Shown piece by piece: positions 1-8,392 of a stretch of DNA of 64,000 nucleotides. The stretch's first letter is position 1, and each line of letters starts with the position of its first letter. The DNA is from a bacterium (lineage in GTDB: Bacteria; Patescibacteriota; Minisyncoccia; Minisyncoccales; JANBVM01): assembly GCA_030588745.1 (NCBI GenBank), contig JAUUXB010000002.1, forward strand, positions 4,683 to 68,682, written 5' to 3'. The translations under genes were made by a program, and so were the position numbers. Below the pieces are notes generated by a model, which was not told the origin of the DNA, did no database searches, and saw only the letters and a program-made list of their open reading frames with translations.

Positions 1-1053
1 ACGGCTAGAATAGCAGAAGATGCGGTAAGGCCTCTCTATGAACATTTACTTTCAATCGGAAAGAATAAGAAGATAGACCTATTTCTCTATAGTAGAGGAG
101 GAGACGTTAGTATCCCATGGCGCATAGTCAGCATGTTTAGAGAATTCTGTGATGAATTTTCTGTAATAGTGTCTTACAAGGCTCACAGTGCAGCTACTCT
201 AATATCTCTAGGCGCAGACAGAATATTAATGGGGAAGAAAGCAGAACTCGGACCAATAGACCCTACGCTGGTTAAAACAACAGCTGGAGGAACAGCATTG
301 TCTCGACAGGAAATTAGCGTTGAAGATGTAAATTCTTATATTTCTTTCTTAAGAGAGAAGGCAAATATTAATGACCAATCTGCTTTGGCACAAATGCTTT
401 CTATTCTTGCCAATAATCTCACTCCCCTTACCCTCGGAGCCGTGAATCGACAAAGCTCCCATATTAGGTTGGTAGCAAGGAAACTTTTACTTTCACGGAA
501 AGAGAAACTTGAGGAAGAAAAAATAAACTCAATTATAGAAACTCTCACAGAGAGAATTTACTCTCATGGTCATGCAATAGGCAGAAAAGAAGCCAAGGAA
601 ATCGGCTTATCAATTAAAATGCCAGACAAACAGCTGGAAGAAACTTCATGGAATCTCTACTTGAAGTATGAAGATTTCTTAAAGCTTAATGAACCTTTGG
701 ATCCATTAGTTATTTTGACAGGAAGAGAAGAACAGCATTTAGAAAATATTCATATTGGTGTTATAGAAAGTGAGAATAAAACACATGTATTCCCGATACA
801 AGTCGACCTTAAAAGAAAAAGGCAAGTCTCACCCAATTTACAGATAAACCTCAATCTAACATTAAATTTACCTCCAAGCATTAGGCCAGAAAATATTCCA
901 CAGAATACCCAGCAAATCGTACAGCAAATGGTCAACCAGGCCGCTCGAAATCTACAACCACTTGTTCAACAGGAAATCATAAGACAATCACCAGAAATAG
1001 GTTTAGATATGAAAATATATGGAGGTAGATGGCAAAAACATAATCAAGAATAA
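1..1053 (+). CDS. ClpP-class (SDH_sah-like) serine protease, 5' partial
   Basis: Frame is open from base 1; motifs LYSRGGD, KAHSAATLISLGAD and ELGPIDP; Gln-rich C-terminal extension. Confidence 0.85.
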   Translation, partial: TARIAEDAVRPLYEHLLSIGKNKKIDLFLYSRGGDVSIPWRIVSMFREFCDEFSVIVSYKAHSAATLISLGADRILMGKKAELGPIDPTLVKTTAGGTALSRQEISVEDVNSYISFLREKANINDQSALAQMLSILANNLTPLTLGAVNRQSSHIRLVARKLLLSRKEKLEEEKINSIIETLTERIYSHGHAIGRKEAKEIGLSIKMPDKQLEETSWNLYLKYEDFLKLNEPLDPLVILTGREEQHLENIHIGVIESENKTHVFPIQVDLKRKRQVSPNLQINLNLTLNLPPSIRPENIPQNTQQIVQQMVNQAARNLQPLVQQEIIRQSPEIGLDMKIYGGRWQKHNQE

Positions 1054-1056
1054 AAG

Positions 1057-1263
1057 ATGAAAGAAAGACAGGTAAAACTTAACATCAATTTCAGAATCTT
1101 GCCCTTTGGACATGCTTCGGTTGAGATAAAAGATCGTAAGGGAAAAAGAAAAAAAGAAACCCCTCTGTATGCTGAACCGAAAACTTCTAATCTCGAGTGG
1201 ATGGAAATTACTTTTGATGGAATAGATTATATAGTGCCAAAGACAACAGGTGGCTTCTTATGA
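1057..1263 (+). CDS. small hypothetical protein (68 aa)
   Basis: ORF starts 3 nt after the previous stop. Confidence 0.5.
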   Translation: MKERQVKLNINFRILPFGHASVEIKDRKGKRKKETPLYAEPKTSNLEWMEITFDGIDYIVPKTTGGFL

Positions 1264-1335
1264 AGCTAGTTGATGATTAATATTCTGAAGAAAATAATTA
1301 GAAACCAATAAAACATCTCTGTCCCGAAATAAGAA

Positions 1336-1378
1336 ATGCCCATCGCTGGGCTTTTTGGTTTGCCGGTCGGTCTCAAAC
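1336..1378. other. degenerate att-like site (hairpin + GGTTT-N7-GGTC-TCAAAC)
   Basis: GCCCA-TCGC-TGGGC hairpin, then GTCGGTCTCAAAC, which matches GTCGGTCTCGAAC of the 51469 site. Confidence 0.4.
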
Positions 1379-1396
1379 TCAAATAAAATTTGGGGG

Positions 1397-2188
1397 CTAA
1401 GAAAAATGTTTAATAAGTTGGAAAATATAATTAGCGTATTCTGAAAAAATCTGTAGGTTAGCATAGACAACCTTCGCATTTAACTGTTTACCAGTCGGAT
1501 GACCAGCACTGTTTCTATTCAAACGAATAAAGTTAAACACCCCATCAAGATAGGTCTCCCAGTCTCCCTGTAACTCCTTAGGTAAATCTTTTACATCGTT
1601 TACAAGCTCTTGCTTAAATTCTTTATATTGAGTGTAAATAAATCTGTCTTTTATTTTCTTTTCAAATGTTGATTTGCGCATAGCATCTTTAATCCAAGTC
1701 AAATAAGCTTCAATGAGAAGTAACATTAAATTTTCTGAAGCAACCCCTAAGGTTAAAGTAGCAGATAACAGATGCCGCCTATTATAGGCTGTAACAGATT
1801 CGCCAATATAAGCAAGGGTTATATCATCTATATCTGGCACCCTTTCTTTTAATGCTTTTACATATCCTTCTGGGTCATATGGCAACCAATCCTCTTGCTG
1901 AAAAGCTTCTTTACCATATTCGGTAATGCTTAACCATGGGTAGCCACTATTTTTGTCTCCGGGAAGACCGGGGTATAGAAAACCATTGTTTATAAACTCT
2001 TGGACAATTTCTCTAATGATCGAGTAGGTCTCATCGTGTTGATAGCCAGGAACATCTCTAAGAGAATCGCGGAACAAAGAATACAAATTTCCCATTTGTA
2101 TCTTTGGTCTCTTGTAGGGATTGTCAGGAGGGGGAGTCTGTTGTTTAAAGTATTCAATTAATTTATTTTTTATTTCTTCTCTGTCCAT
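1397..2188 (-). CDS. hypothetical protein with C-terminal HEPN-like RxxxxH motif (possible Abi/defence RNase)
   Basis: RNSAGH in a helical C-terminal region; N-terminal region ending in ITEYGK resembles a winged helix. Confidence 0.6.
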   Translation of the reverse strand: MDREEIKNKLIEYFKQQTPPPDNPYKRPKIQMGNLYSLFRDSLRDVPGYQHDETYSIIREIVQEFINNGFLYPGLPGDKNSGYPWLSITEYGKEAFQQEDWLPYDPEGYVKALKERVPDIDDITLAYIGESVTAYNRRHLLSATLTLGVASENLMLLLIEAYLTWIKDAMRKSTFEKKIKDRFIYTQYKEFKQELVNDVKDLPKELQGDWETYLDGVFNFIRLNRNSAGHPTGKQLNAKVVYANLQIFSEYANYIFQLIKHFS

Positions 2189-2201
2189 AAAACTTTATAA
2201 A

Positions 2202-2927
2202 TTATGTTTTTATATTACTACCCGAAACAGCAATCCAAATTTCAAATTTTCCCCATATTACAACATGATATAATGTCGAACCATATATGTCCTCTGCGTG
2301 ATGAACAGTAAAACCGGGACCCCTATTAACCTTAATTCCATTGACCCGCAGGAATGCATTTAATTTTTCTAGTTCTGAATTGATAATATTCCTTACTACC
2401 GGATGGATAGTTTTTATTTTTCTATCATCCTTAATTAATTTATTTTTCAATTTAAATTCTAATCCTCTAACAAGTTTATTAGCAAAAGGATCCAATAACT
2501 TTGATACTGAAACACGAAGCACCATTGATTTGCCGGGGACGGTGGGACCAAAATTTCTCATAAGGCCTTTGGGCACATCTTCTGTGTGTATAGAATCCTT
2601 TATAATCTTTTCGAGATCGGCTCCTTTACGCATTCTGCTTATTCCTTTTTCGGTAGACAATGGAATGAGCTTACGGATAACATCTTCTGAAATGCCAGAA
2701 GCAGCAATGTTCTCAAATCCTACACAGACAGCAATTTTTTTGTATAACTCTTCTTCAATCTTCCCTAATCTGTTATTACACTCAAAGCAAGCAGGGGCAA
2801 CCCATTTCTCAATATCTTTCGGTGTTGAATCTGGGTACCATGATTTTGGAAAAATATGGTCTTTTGTAAGTTCTTCGAAATAATTTAGGCAATAAACACA
2901 GTGTTGATTGTAAAATTTCTTAGGCAT
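2202..2927 (-). CDS. HNH endonuclease domain protein
   Basis: CVYC...TKDHIFPKSW...PACFECNN zinc-binding HNH signature. Confidence 0.8.
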   Translation of the reverse strand: MPKKFYNQHCVYCLNYFEELTKDHIFPKSWYPDSTPKDIEKWVAPACFECNNRLGKIEEELYKKIAVCVGFENIAASGISEDVIRKLIPLSTEKGISRMRKGADLEKIIKDSIHTEDVPKGLMRNFGPTVPGKSMVLRVSVSKLLDPFANKLVRGLEFKLKNKLIKDDRKIKTIHPVVRNIINSELEKLNAFLRVNGIKVNRGPGFTVHHAEDIYGSTLYHVVIWGKFEIWIAVSGSNIKT

Positions 2928-2939
2928 TATGAAAATTTG

Positions 2940-3644
2940 TTACTTAGCGATAGGTCTTTTCTTGTTTTTAAATGTGTAGAAAAGATATGCCACAATTCCT
3001 ATTCCTATAATCCACCCTAAAATAGATCCTTCACCGTTACCTTCTTTAGGAATTTCAGCAGTAAGTTCCTCTGGCGCTGGCAAACCTCTTTGTGGTGCTG
3101 GTGGTTGCTCGCTGGACTCTTCCTTAGCTGGTTGTTCTTCCTCGACAGCGGGCTCCTCGGTTGATTGTTTCTTATCCGGGGGCTGCTCCTCAATTGGTTC
3201 TGGCTTAACGCACTTACCATTAATTAGCTTGTATCCATAATCACACTCGCAACTCTTTGACAAGGTATCGTAGCTTGAATGAAAACCGTATCTATCATGA
3301 CAGTAAATATCAGTATCAATACATTCCCCTTCTGAAGCTATATATCCATAGTTACACTCGCAAGAATCAGAAGAAGAATTATAAGTGGAATGGCTAGGAC
3401 ACTTCGGCGTTGGTTTAGCAGGACACCTTGGATAATAGGGAGCACACTTTGCAGAGAGAGAAGTACCGTCGCAACACATATACCCAACATTAACACCATC
3501 GGGACATTGGTAGGTACAGACTCCACCGTGCCAAGAACAACAACCCCTTCTTGCTTCTACATTATTAATGGGTAATACAGTAAGAAGAAATGGAATAAGA
3601 ATTAATAATGATAGCAGTATCTTTTTCTTAAGTTTTTCTTTCAT
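2940..3644 (-). CDS. secreted Cys-rich surface protein with C-terminal membrane anchor
   Basis: Signal peptide ending VEA, RRGCCSWHGGVC motif, EGF-like CECNYGY/CECDYGY repeats, Pro/Glu linker, TM helix plus basic tail. Confidence 0.8.
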   Translation of the reverse strand: MKEKLKKKILLSLLILIPFLLTVLPINNVEARRGCCSWHGGVCTYQCPDGVNVGYMCCDGTSLSAKCAPYYPRCPAKPTPKCPSHSTYNSSSDSCECNYGYIASEGECIDTDIYCHDRYGFHSSYDTLSKSCECDYGYKLINGKCVKPEPIEEQPPDKKQSTEEPAVEEEQPAKEESSEQPPAPQRGLPAPEELTAEIPKEGNGEGSILGWIIGIGIVAYLFYTFKNKKRPIAK

Positions 3645-3729
3645 GAATGTTTCTCTATTTTTAGAGTAGCTCTATTTTTTATTTTTGCATTACCCAAAAA
3701 AGGAACATTAACTTTTGCATAATCCATCT

Positions 3730-4107
3730 TTAAGAGCCCCGAATAAGTTCTATTAATCGATCTATTTCTTCTTTTGTTGGTTTTTTATTACGTAAAGTCC
3801 TAAAAAAGGCAGGTAGGTATTTTATAGCATTTTTTTCTAACAGAATGTCTCTGGGAATTATACCCTGTGCTATTACTGCTTCATCAATAAACTTTTGGAT
3901 ATTTTCTTTATTTTTTGACATTCCTAGAGCTGTCGCCCACCTTTTTAGTGTTTTTTCATCAGAAGGGGGCGAAATTATACCTCTTTCTATTTTACTCCAG
4001 TTGCTTGGATCGTAATTCACCAATCTACATGCTTTTCTAAGAGTTAATCCTTTTTTGATTCGTAAATCTTTTAAATTTTCTCCGAATTGTTTAAGATTTT
4101 TATACAT
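3730..4107 (-). CDS. XRE-family HTH transcriptional regulator
   Basis: FGENLKDLRIKKGLTLRKAC...SNWSKIERG. Confidence 0.85.
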   Translation of the reverse strand: MYKNLKQFGENLKDLRIKKGLTLRKACRLVNYDPSNWSKIERGIISPPSDEKTLKRWATALGMSKNKENIQKFIDEAVIAQGIIPRDILLEKNAIKYLPAFFRTLRNKKPTKEEIDRLIELIRGS

Positions 4108-4137
4108 ATAATAAAAAATTGATATTAATTCTTGTAT

Positions 4138-4172
4138 TGTGGTATAATTCTACCACACCTGCTAGCCATGTC
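4138..4172 (-). promoter_or_regulatory. promoter of the XRE gene with overlapping palindromic operator
   Basis: TTGACA-16-TAGAAT on the minus strand; inverted repeat TGTGGTA-N6-TACCACA (4138-4157) overlaps the -10. Confidence 0.55.
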
Positions 4173-4279
4173 AATAATGAAGCTGTGGAAAACCTCATCA
4201 TATTCTTGCTTATTTGACAGACCCCATATGCTTCAATAAAGTAAGAATGTAAGAAAGTATTACATTCATCAATAAAAAT

Positions 4280-4522
4280 ATGATTACTATAACTAAAATC
4301 ACAAGCAAAGGACAAATTACTCTTCCAGCTAAATGGAGACGTAATTTTTCCACTAATCAATATATTATTGAAGAAAAAAAAGACAGATTAGAGATAAAAC
4401 CATTGATTCTTAAAGAGTTGTATAAAAAAAACGAATACACTGTTTTTGATGCTATTCGCGACAACAAAGGAAAAGGAATCAAGGCAAAAGATTTAATCAA
4501 AATCTTGAAAAAGACAGTTTAG
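4280..4522 (+). CDS. AbrB/MazE/SpoVT-family DNA-binding protein (antitoxin-like)
   Basis: TKITSKGQITLPAKWR motif. Confidence 0.85.
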   Translation: MITITKITSKGQITLPAKWRRNFSTNQYIIEEKKDRLEIKPLILKELYKKNEYTVFDAIRDNKGKGIKAKDLIKILKKTV

Positions 4523-4662
4523 CATGGACAAAATAGAGGGACTAAAAAAATAACACCCCACTTTTTTTATTATGTGGGGTTTTTTTATAATAAGATTAGA
4601 ACTGGCTTTTTAAAAAGATTTTCCATTAAAAATGCTAAGCCCTCAGAAAGAAAACATATAAG

Positions 4663-5022
4663 TTACTCTTCCCAATCGAGCTGACTTTCAGGAATACCCA
4701 ATGATCTCCCGTAATCTTCAGCTTCTTTTCTTTTTTCTTTATCTCCCTTGTTGTATTTAAAAATCTTTTCAGGAAATATTACATATTCCTTGTTATCTAC
4801 TGAAAAGTTAGCATACCACTTTGGTTTAAGTGAATAACTTAACTTCTCAGCTACTTCATCAGCTCTATTTACTTCTCCTTCAAAATAAATAGCTGTCCAA
4901 ACCTTTGGCTGGTAATCAGCGGCGTTACTAATATTCCAAACATCTGTCTTGGTAATCTCTAATTCTTCCAAGATGCTCTTGTCTTTTAAACTTTCTTTGA
5001 GTAAAAGCCCTTTAAATTTCAT
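4663..5022 (-). CDS. hypothetical protein (119 aa)
   Basis: Clean ORF 9 nt downstream of the glycosylase gene; ends GRSLGIPESQLDW. Confidence 0.75.
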   Translation of the reverse strand: MKFKGLLLKESLKDKSILEELEITKTDVWNISNAADYQPKVWTAIYFEGEVNRADEVAEKLSYSLKPKWYANFSVDNKEYVIFPEKIFKYNKGDKEKRKEAEDYGRSLGIPESQLDWEE

Positions 5023-5031
5023 ATGTTTATA

Positions 5032-6006
5032 TTATAATCTAATCTCTTTTTCTAACCAATCTATTTTTTGAGTTTTTCTCCTCCAAAAAATATCTTCCCA
5101 GATATAGTGAAAAGCTAATTTCTCCCAACCCTTATATTTTTTCCTAAAAAAATCAAGAATTTTTTTGACTGAAACCAACTTCTTATTAAATAATAGTTTG
5201 GACATTATCTTCTGTTCCCAGGGTGGAATAGTTGCTAAATGATCGCAATGATAAAAATCTTCAAACAAAAGATATTCAACAGACGCAGGCCCTATACCAT
5301 AAAGCTTTAACGCTTCTTTCTTCAATTCCTCCCTTTCCATTTTTCTCATTTCAAGCTCATCAATTTCGCCTTTAGTAAACTGTTCACTAATTCTTTTTAA
5401 GAATTTAGTCCTATAACCCAATTTTAAATCTCTCAAAACTTGTTCTGAAACTTTAGCTATTGCTTTTGGTTCCCAAAAAGTAACGAGAGTTTTATTATCA
5501 AACTTAATTTTCTTGCCAAATTCACCAAAAAGATTTTCCAGCATCTGATAAGTTCTCCGAACAGTAGCATTCTGCAAGACAATATAAATAATCAAGGTTT
5601 CGTATAAGGAATTAGCAGCTACTGGTTTCATCCCTCGCCATCTCTTTAATAAGGGTTTAAGAAATTTGTCTTTCTTAAATCTTTTATCAAATTCTGAAAT
5701 ATCTTGTCTTAAATTGAATCTCCACCCTATTTCTGAAACCAAGTTTTGCTTAAATTCTTTTGATAAAACTTCTTTTGAATATACGGTTAATTTTATTTTG
5801 GGCTTAACTATCGTCCCCTTATTTTCTAATTTTAGTCCTAAATACTTTCCTTTCCAAACCATTGTTATCCAGTATTTACCTTTTTCCCATTCATTATCAG
5901 AAGATGGAAAATGCGACGGTTTGTAAATGGTCGCATCAAAATTATAAGGGGAAACTGGTTTCAGTATAGTTGAAAAAGTTTTGTTAAGATTATTTGTATT
6001 TATCAT
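5032..6006 (-). CDS. HhH-GPD DNA glycosylase (AlkA/Ogg-like)
   Basis: YETLIIYIVLQN, LRDLKLGYR and LYGIGPASVE helix-hairpin-helix motifs. Confidence 0.8.
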   Translation of the reverse strand: MINTNNLNKTFSTILKPVSPYNFDATIYKPSHFPSSDNEWEKGKYWITMVWKGKYLGLKLENKGTIVKPKIKLTVYSKEVLSKEFKQNLVSEIGWRFNLRQDISEFDKRFKKDKFLKPLLKRWRGMKPVAANSLYETLIIYIVLQNATVRRTYQMLENLFGEFGKKIKFDNKTLVTFWEPKAIAKVSEQVLRDLKLGYRTKFLKRISEQFTKGEIDELEMRKMEREELKKEALKLYGIGPASVEYLLFEDFYHCDHLATIPPWEQKIMSKLLFNKKLVSVKKILDFFRKKYKGWEKLAFHYIWEDIFWRRKTQKIDWLEKEIRL

Positions 6007-6085
6007 ATTCTTTTATTTTAGCAGAAAAATCGTCTTTTTGACGATTTCTCTATACAATTACACCTAATTATATGCAATTTTATCT

Positions 6086-6112
6086 GCTCCGGGAGACGGA
6101 CTCCGTTAGAAC
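6086..6112. other. att-like site GCTCC-N17-AGAAC
   Basis: GCTCCGGGAGACGGACTCCGTTAGAAC; same spacing as the sites at 49585, 50499 and 51063; hairpin AAATCGTC-TTTTT-GACGATTT at about 6027-6047. Confidence 0.7.
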
Positions 6113-6182
6113 CTGCTTAGTGGATTGAAATAAAAAAAGCGACTTGCTTTTAAGTCACTATAAATAATCTTATACCTTCTTA

Positions 6183-6563
6183 TCACCCGTCTATAGTCTC
6201 TGTATATATGTTCACCTTTCTGGCTGCATCCATAAGTACTGAATCTGGTGCCCAGTTAGAAGAACAAACAACGGTAATTTCTTTTTCTCCACTCAACCTC
6301 ACTAATGCTTTTGTTAAAAATTGGTCTTCATTTTCTACCTCCATCAGCCAAGTAATACTGGGGTAGGGGCTCCAAGAACCATCTTTGTTCTGTATTTCTA
6401 CCTCTTTCAGAAGCATTACTTTCTTTCCTTCTTTCGTTGAAAGATTAGGATCATATTTACAGTGACATGGAAGTAATTCTACGTTATCAGGATCAAAACG
6501 AATAGTAATATCTTTTCTGGGATATCCCCTTAAAAAGTCTTTTGTTCTTACTGCTTTCTTCAT
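6183..6563 (-). CDS. orphan hypothetical protein (126 aa)
   Basis: ORF with GAGGTG SD, upstream TTGATT-16-TAATGT, downstream hairpin with T-run. Confidence 0.7.
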   Translation of the reverse strand: MKKAVRTKDFLRGYPRKDITIRFDPDNVELLPCHCKYDPNLSTKEGKKVMLLKEVEIQNKDGSWSPYPSITWLMEVENEDQFLTKALVRLSGEKEITVVCSSNWAPDSVLMDAARKVNIYTETIDG

Positions 6564-6653
6564 TTAAAAGAACCACCTCATTTTGTTGACTATTTTTACA
6601 TTACTAGCTTTAATTAAAAAATCAAACCACAAATATTTAAAAAACGTAATGCT

Positions 6654-6750
6654 CTAAGGCATAATAAAACATCCAGCCAATAACAAAAAAAGCTATTGCA
6701 AGGTCAAATAGTAAAAAAAGTATGGCCCCTTTTTGATTGTTAACTTTCAT
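6654..6750 (-). pseudogene. remnant of a prepilin-like gene
   Basis: MKVNNQKGAILFFTI* followed by out-of-frame hydrophobic codons; T8 tract. Confidence 0.3.
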
Positions 6751-6758
6751 ATAATTAT

Positions 6759-7439
6759 TTAAAAACCGGCAAAAGTCCTGATTATATCAACAGGAACAAT
6801 GCTTACTATTCCCCAATAATCAATAGTTGCCAGACCCAAGAATTCACCTTTAATGTTAAATAAAGGACTGCCAACCATAGTACTTCTTTCAAGAATGTTT
6901 GTTGAAATCAGGTTTTTGTAAAAATAGGAAACAACCCCTTCATTAACTCCACGGGTAAATTCTTCTACTCCGTAAATTGTTCCAATTAAGAAAATTCTTT
7001 CTCCTGTTTTTATTTTGTTTAAATCAGCAAAACCAACTGTTGGTAAATTATTCTGTTCAAGTTTAATTAAAGCCAGATTATTAGTTAAATCTCTTTTTAA
7101 AATCTGATAAGGGGATGGTTTTCCTTCAACAAAAAATAAGAATTCAGAACCCTGAGGAACCAACTCAGCCAAAGTTACTATCAAACCATCTGAGGTTAGA
7201 ACCATTGCTGAGCCATTGAGTATTTTTTCTTTACTGGTTGTTTTAATACCAACAACTGTTTTTTCAACTTTTTCAACAGCGTTTTCAAGAGCAGTATTTT
7301 CCTCAATAATAATCTCTTTCCTTTCAGTAACATAAACAGGCCTTTCAATAAAATATGGCCAAATAAACTGATTAGCAAAAAGCCCTCCTAAAATACCAAC
7401 AACAAATATTGCTAAAACCTGTAAAACCTTTTTTTTCAT
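6759..7439 (-). CDS. trypsin-like (S1C/HtrA-related) membrane-anchored protein, catalytic motifs degenerate
   Basis: N-terminal TM; GSAMVLTSDGLIVT; STMVGSPLFNIKGE in place of GNSGGPL. Confidence 0.75.
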   Translation of the reverse strand: MKKKVLQVLAIFVVGILGGLFANQFIWPYFIERPVYVTERKEIIIEENTALENAVEKVEKTVVGIKTTSKEKILNGSAMVLTSDGLIVTLAELVPQGSEFLFFVEGKPSPYQILKRDLTNNLALIKLEQNNLPTVGFADLNKIKTGERIFLIGTIYGVEEFTRGVNEGVVSYFYKNLISTNILERSTMVGSPLFNIKGEFLGLATIDYWGIVSIVPVDIIRTFAGF

Positions 7440-7476
7440 ATAACTAAACAGAAATTCTTGGTCTTTTTCTTTGCTT
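7383..7476. repeat. ~90-bp direct repeat, copy 1
   Basis: CCCTCCTAAAATACCAAC...AAACAGAAATTCTTGGTCTTTTTCTTTGCTT, near-identical to 8304-8392. Confidence 0.85.
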
Positions 7477-7607
7477 TATTTCATTTATTTTTGAAACAAA
7501 CCTCATTGTTCTATAACTCTATATTAGATTTTTCTATAAATCTGTCAATTTTTATTCAATAAAAAAACAGTGCTATAATTTGGCACTGCCACGAATTAAT
7601 TATTAAT

Positions 7608-8222
7608 TTATCCCACTAAGTAAAAAGGGCTTTCAAGAACAGACTTGAGAGAAAACCAATTTTCCTTAACACTCTCTTTAATTCTTATGATTTGCCATCT
7701 TCCTCTGAAAAAAATCTTGAAATTCCTGAAGAGGTTTATTCTCATTTCTTTTAAATTTTCCATTTCTTTCAAGCCTTTCTTAAATTCATTTATACTATTA
7801 AGCCAAGAATTTGCTTTACAAACCACTGTTTCTGTTCTTGGCTCTTCTTTTCTATAATTTTCTAGTAATGTGGTTTGAAATTCAAATATAAAGAAACCGA
7901 CAGGAGCATTTATTTCTGGAATCCCTTTTCTTAAACTAGATTTCTCCAAAAGTTTAACAATTTCTTCTAATTCTTCATGACTAAATTCTTCAACGTATTC
8001 AACGTTGGGAATTAAGTCTTGCCCTAACTTAACCTTTTTGTAAAAACCTTTTTTTAAGGTAATGTGGGATGAACTTTCTTCTTTTTGGTAAAAAAATAAA
8101 TCCAAACTACCCATTAAGCCAATGTAATACATTAAGACATAATCTGAAGGATTTATGCTCACAATCCATAAATCTAACTTAAATTCTTTACCAGTTGAAT
8201 CAATAATACCTATCTCACTCAT
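7608..8222 (-). CDS. orphan hypothetical protein (204 aa)
   Basis: AAGGAG SD, TTGATT-16-TAATCT promoter, own terminator hairpin at about 7568-7588. Confidence 0.7.
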   Translation of the reverse strand: MSEIGIIDSTGKEFKLDLWIVSINPSDYVLMYYIGLMGSLDLFFYQKEESSSHITLKKGFYKKVKLGQDLIPNVEYVEEFSHEELEEIVKLLEKSSLRKGIPEINAPVGFFIFEFQTTLLENYRKEEPRTETVVCKANSWLNSINEFKKGLKEMENLKEMRINLFRNFKIFFRGRWQIIRIKESVKENWFSLKSVLESPFYLVG

Positions 8223-8303
8223 TTTTCTCCTTCCTTTTTCAATTTTTAATATCTAATTCAGATTACAAAATTTCAAGAAAAAATCAATCCTTTTCTTCAT
8301 GGA

Positions 8304-8392
8304 CCCTCCTGAAATACCAACAAATATTGCTAAAATCTGTAAAACCTTTTTTATATAATTAAACAGAAACTCTTGGTCTTTTTCTTTGCTTC
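8304..8392. repeat. ~90-bp direct repeat, copy 2
   Basis: Spans the clpB 3' end and a decayed copy of the protease gene start. Confidence 0.85.

Noticed and set aside
2341-2883. Long antisense ORFs (also 13556-14071, 21501-22319, 20512-20862, 61201-61506 and others)
   Set aside because: They are shadows of well-supported genes on the opposite strand, Ser/Phe/Ile-rich and without motifs
4100-4360. 86-aa minus-strand ORF
   Set aside because: Overlaps the AbrB gene and the divergent promoter region; no recognisable features
7383-8392. Diversity-generating retroelement TR/VR pair
   Set aside because: Differences include indels and are not restricted to adenines; the repeat spans a gene junction; no reverse transcriptase in the window
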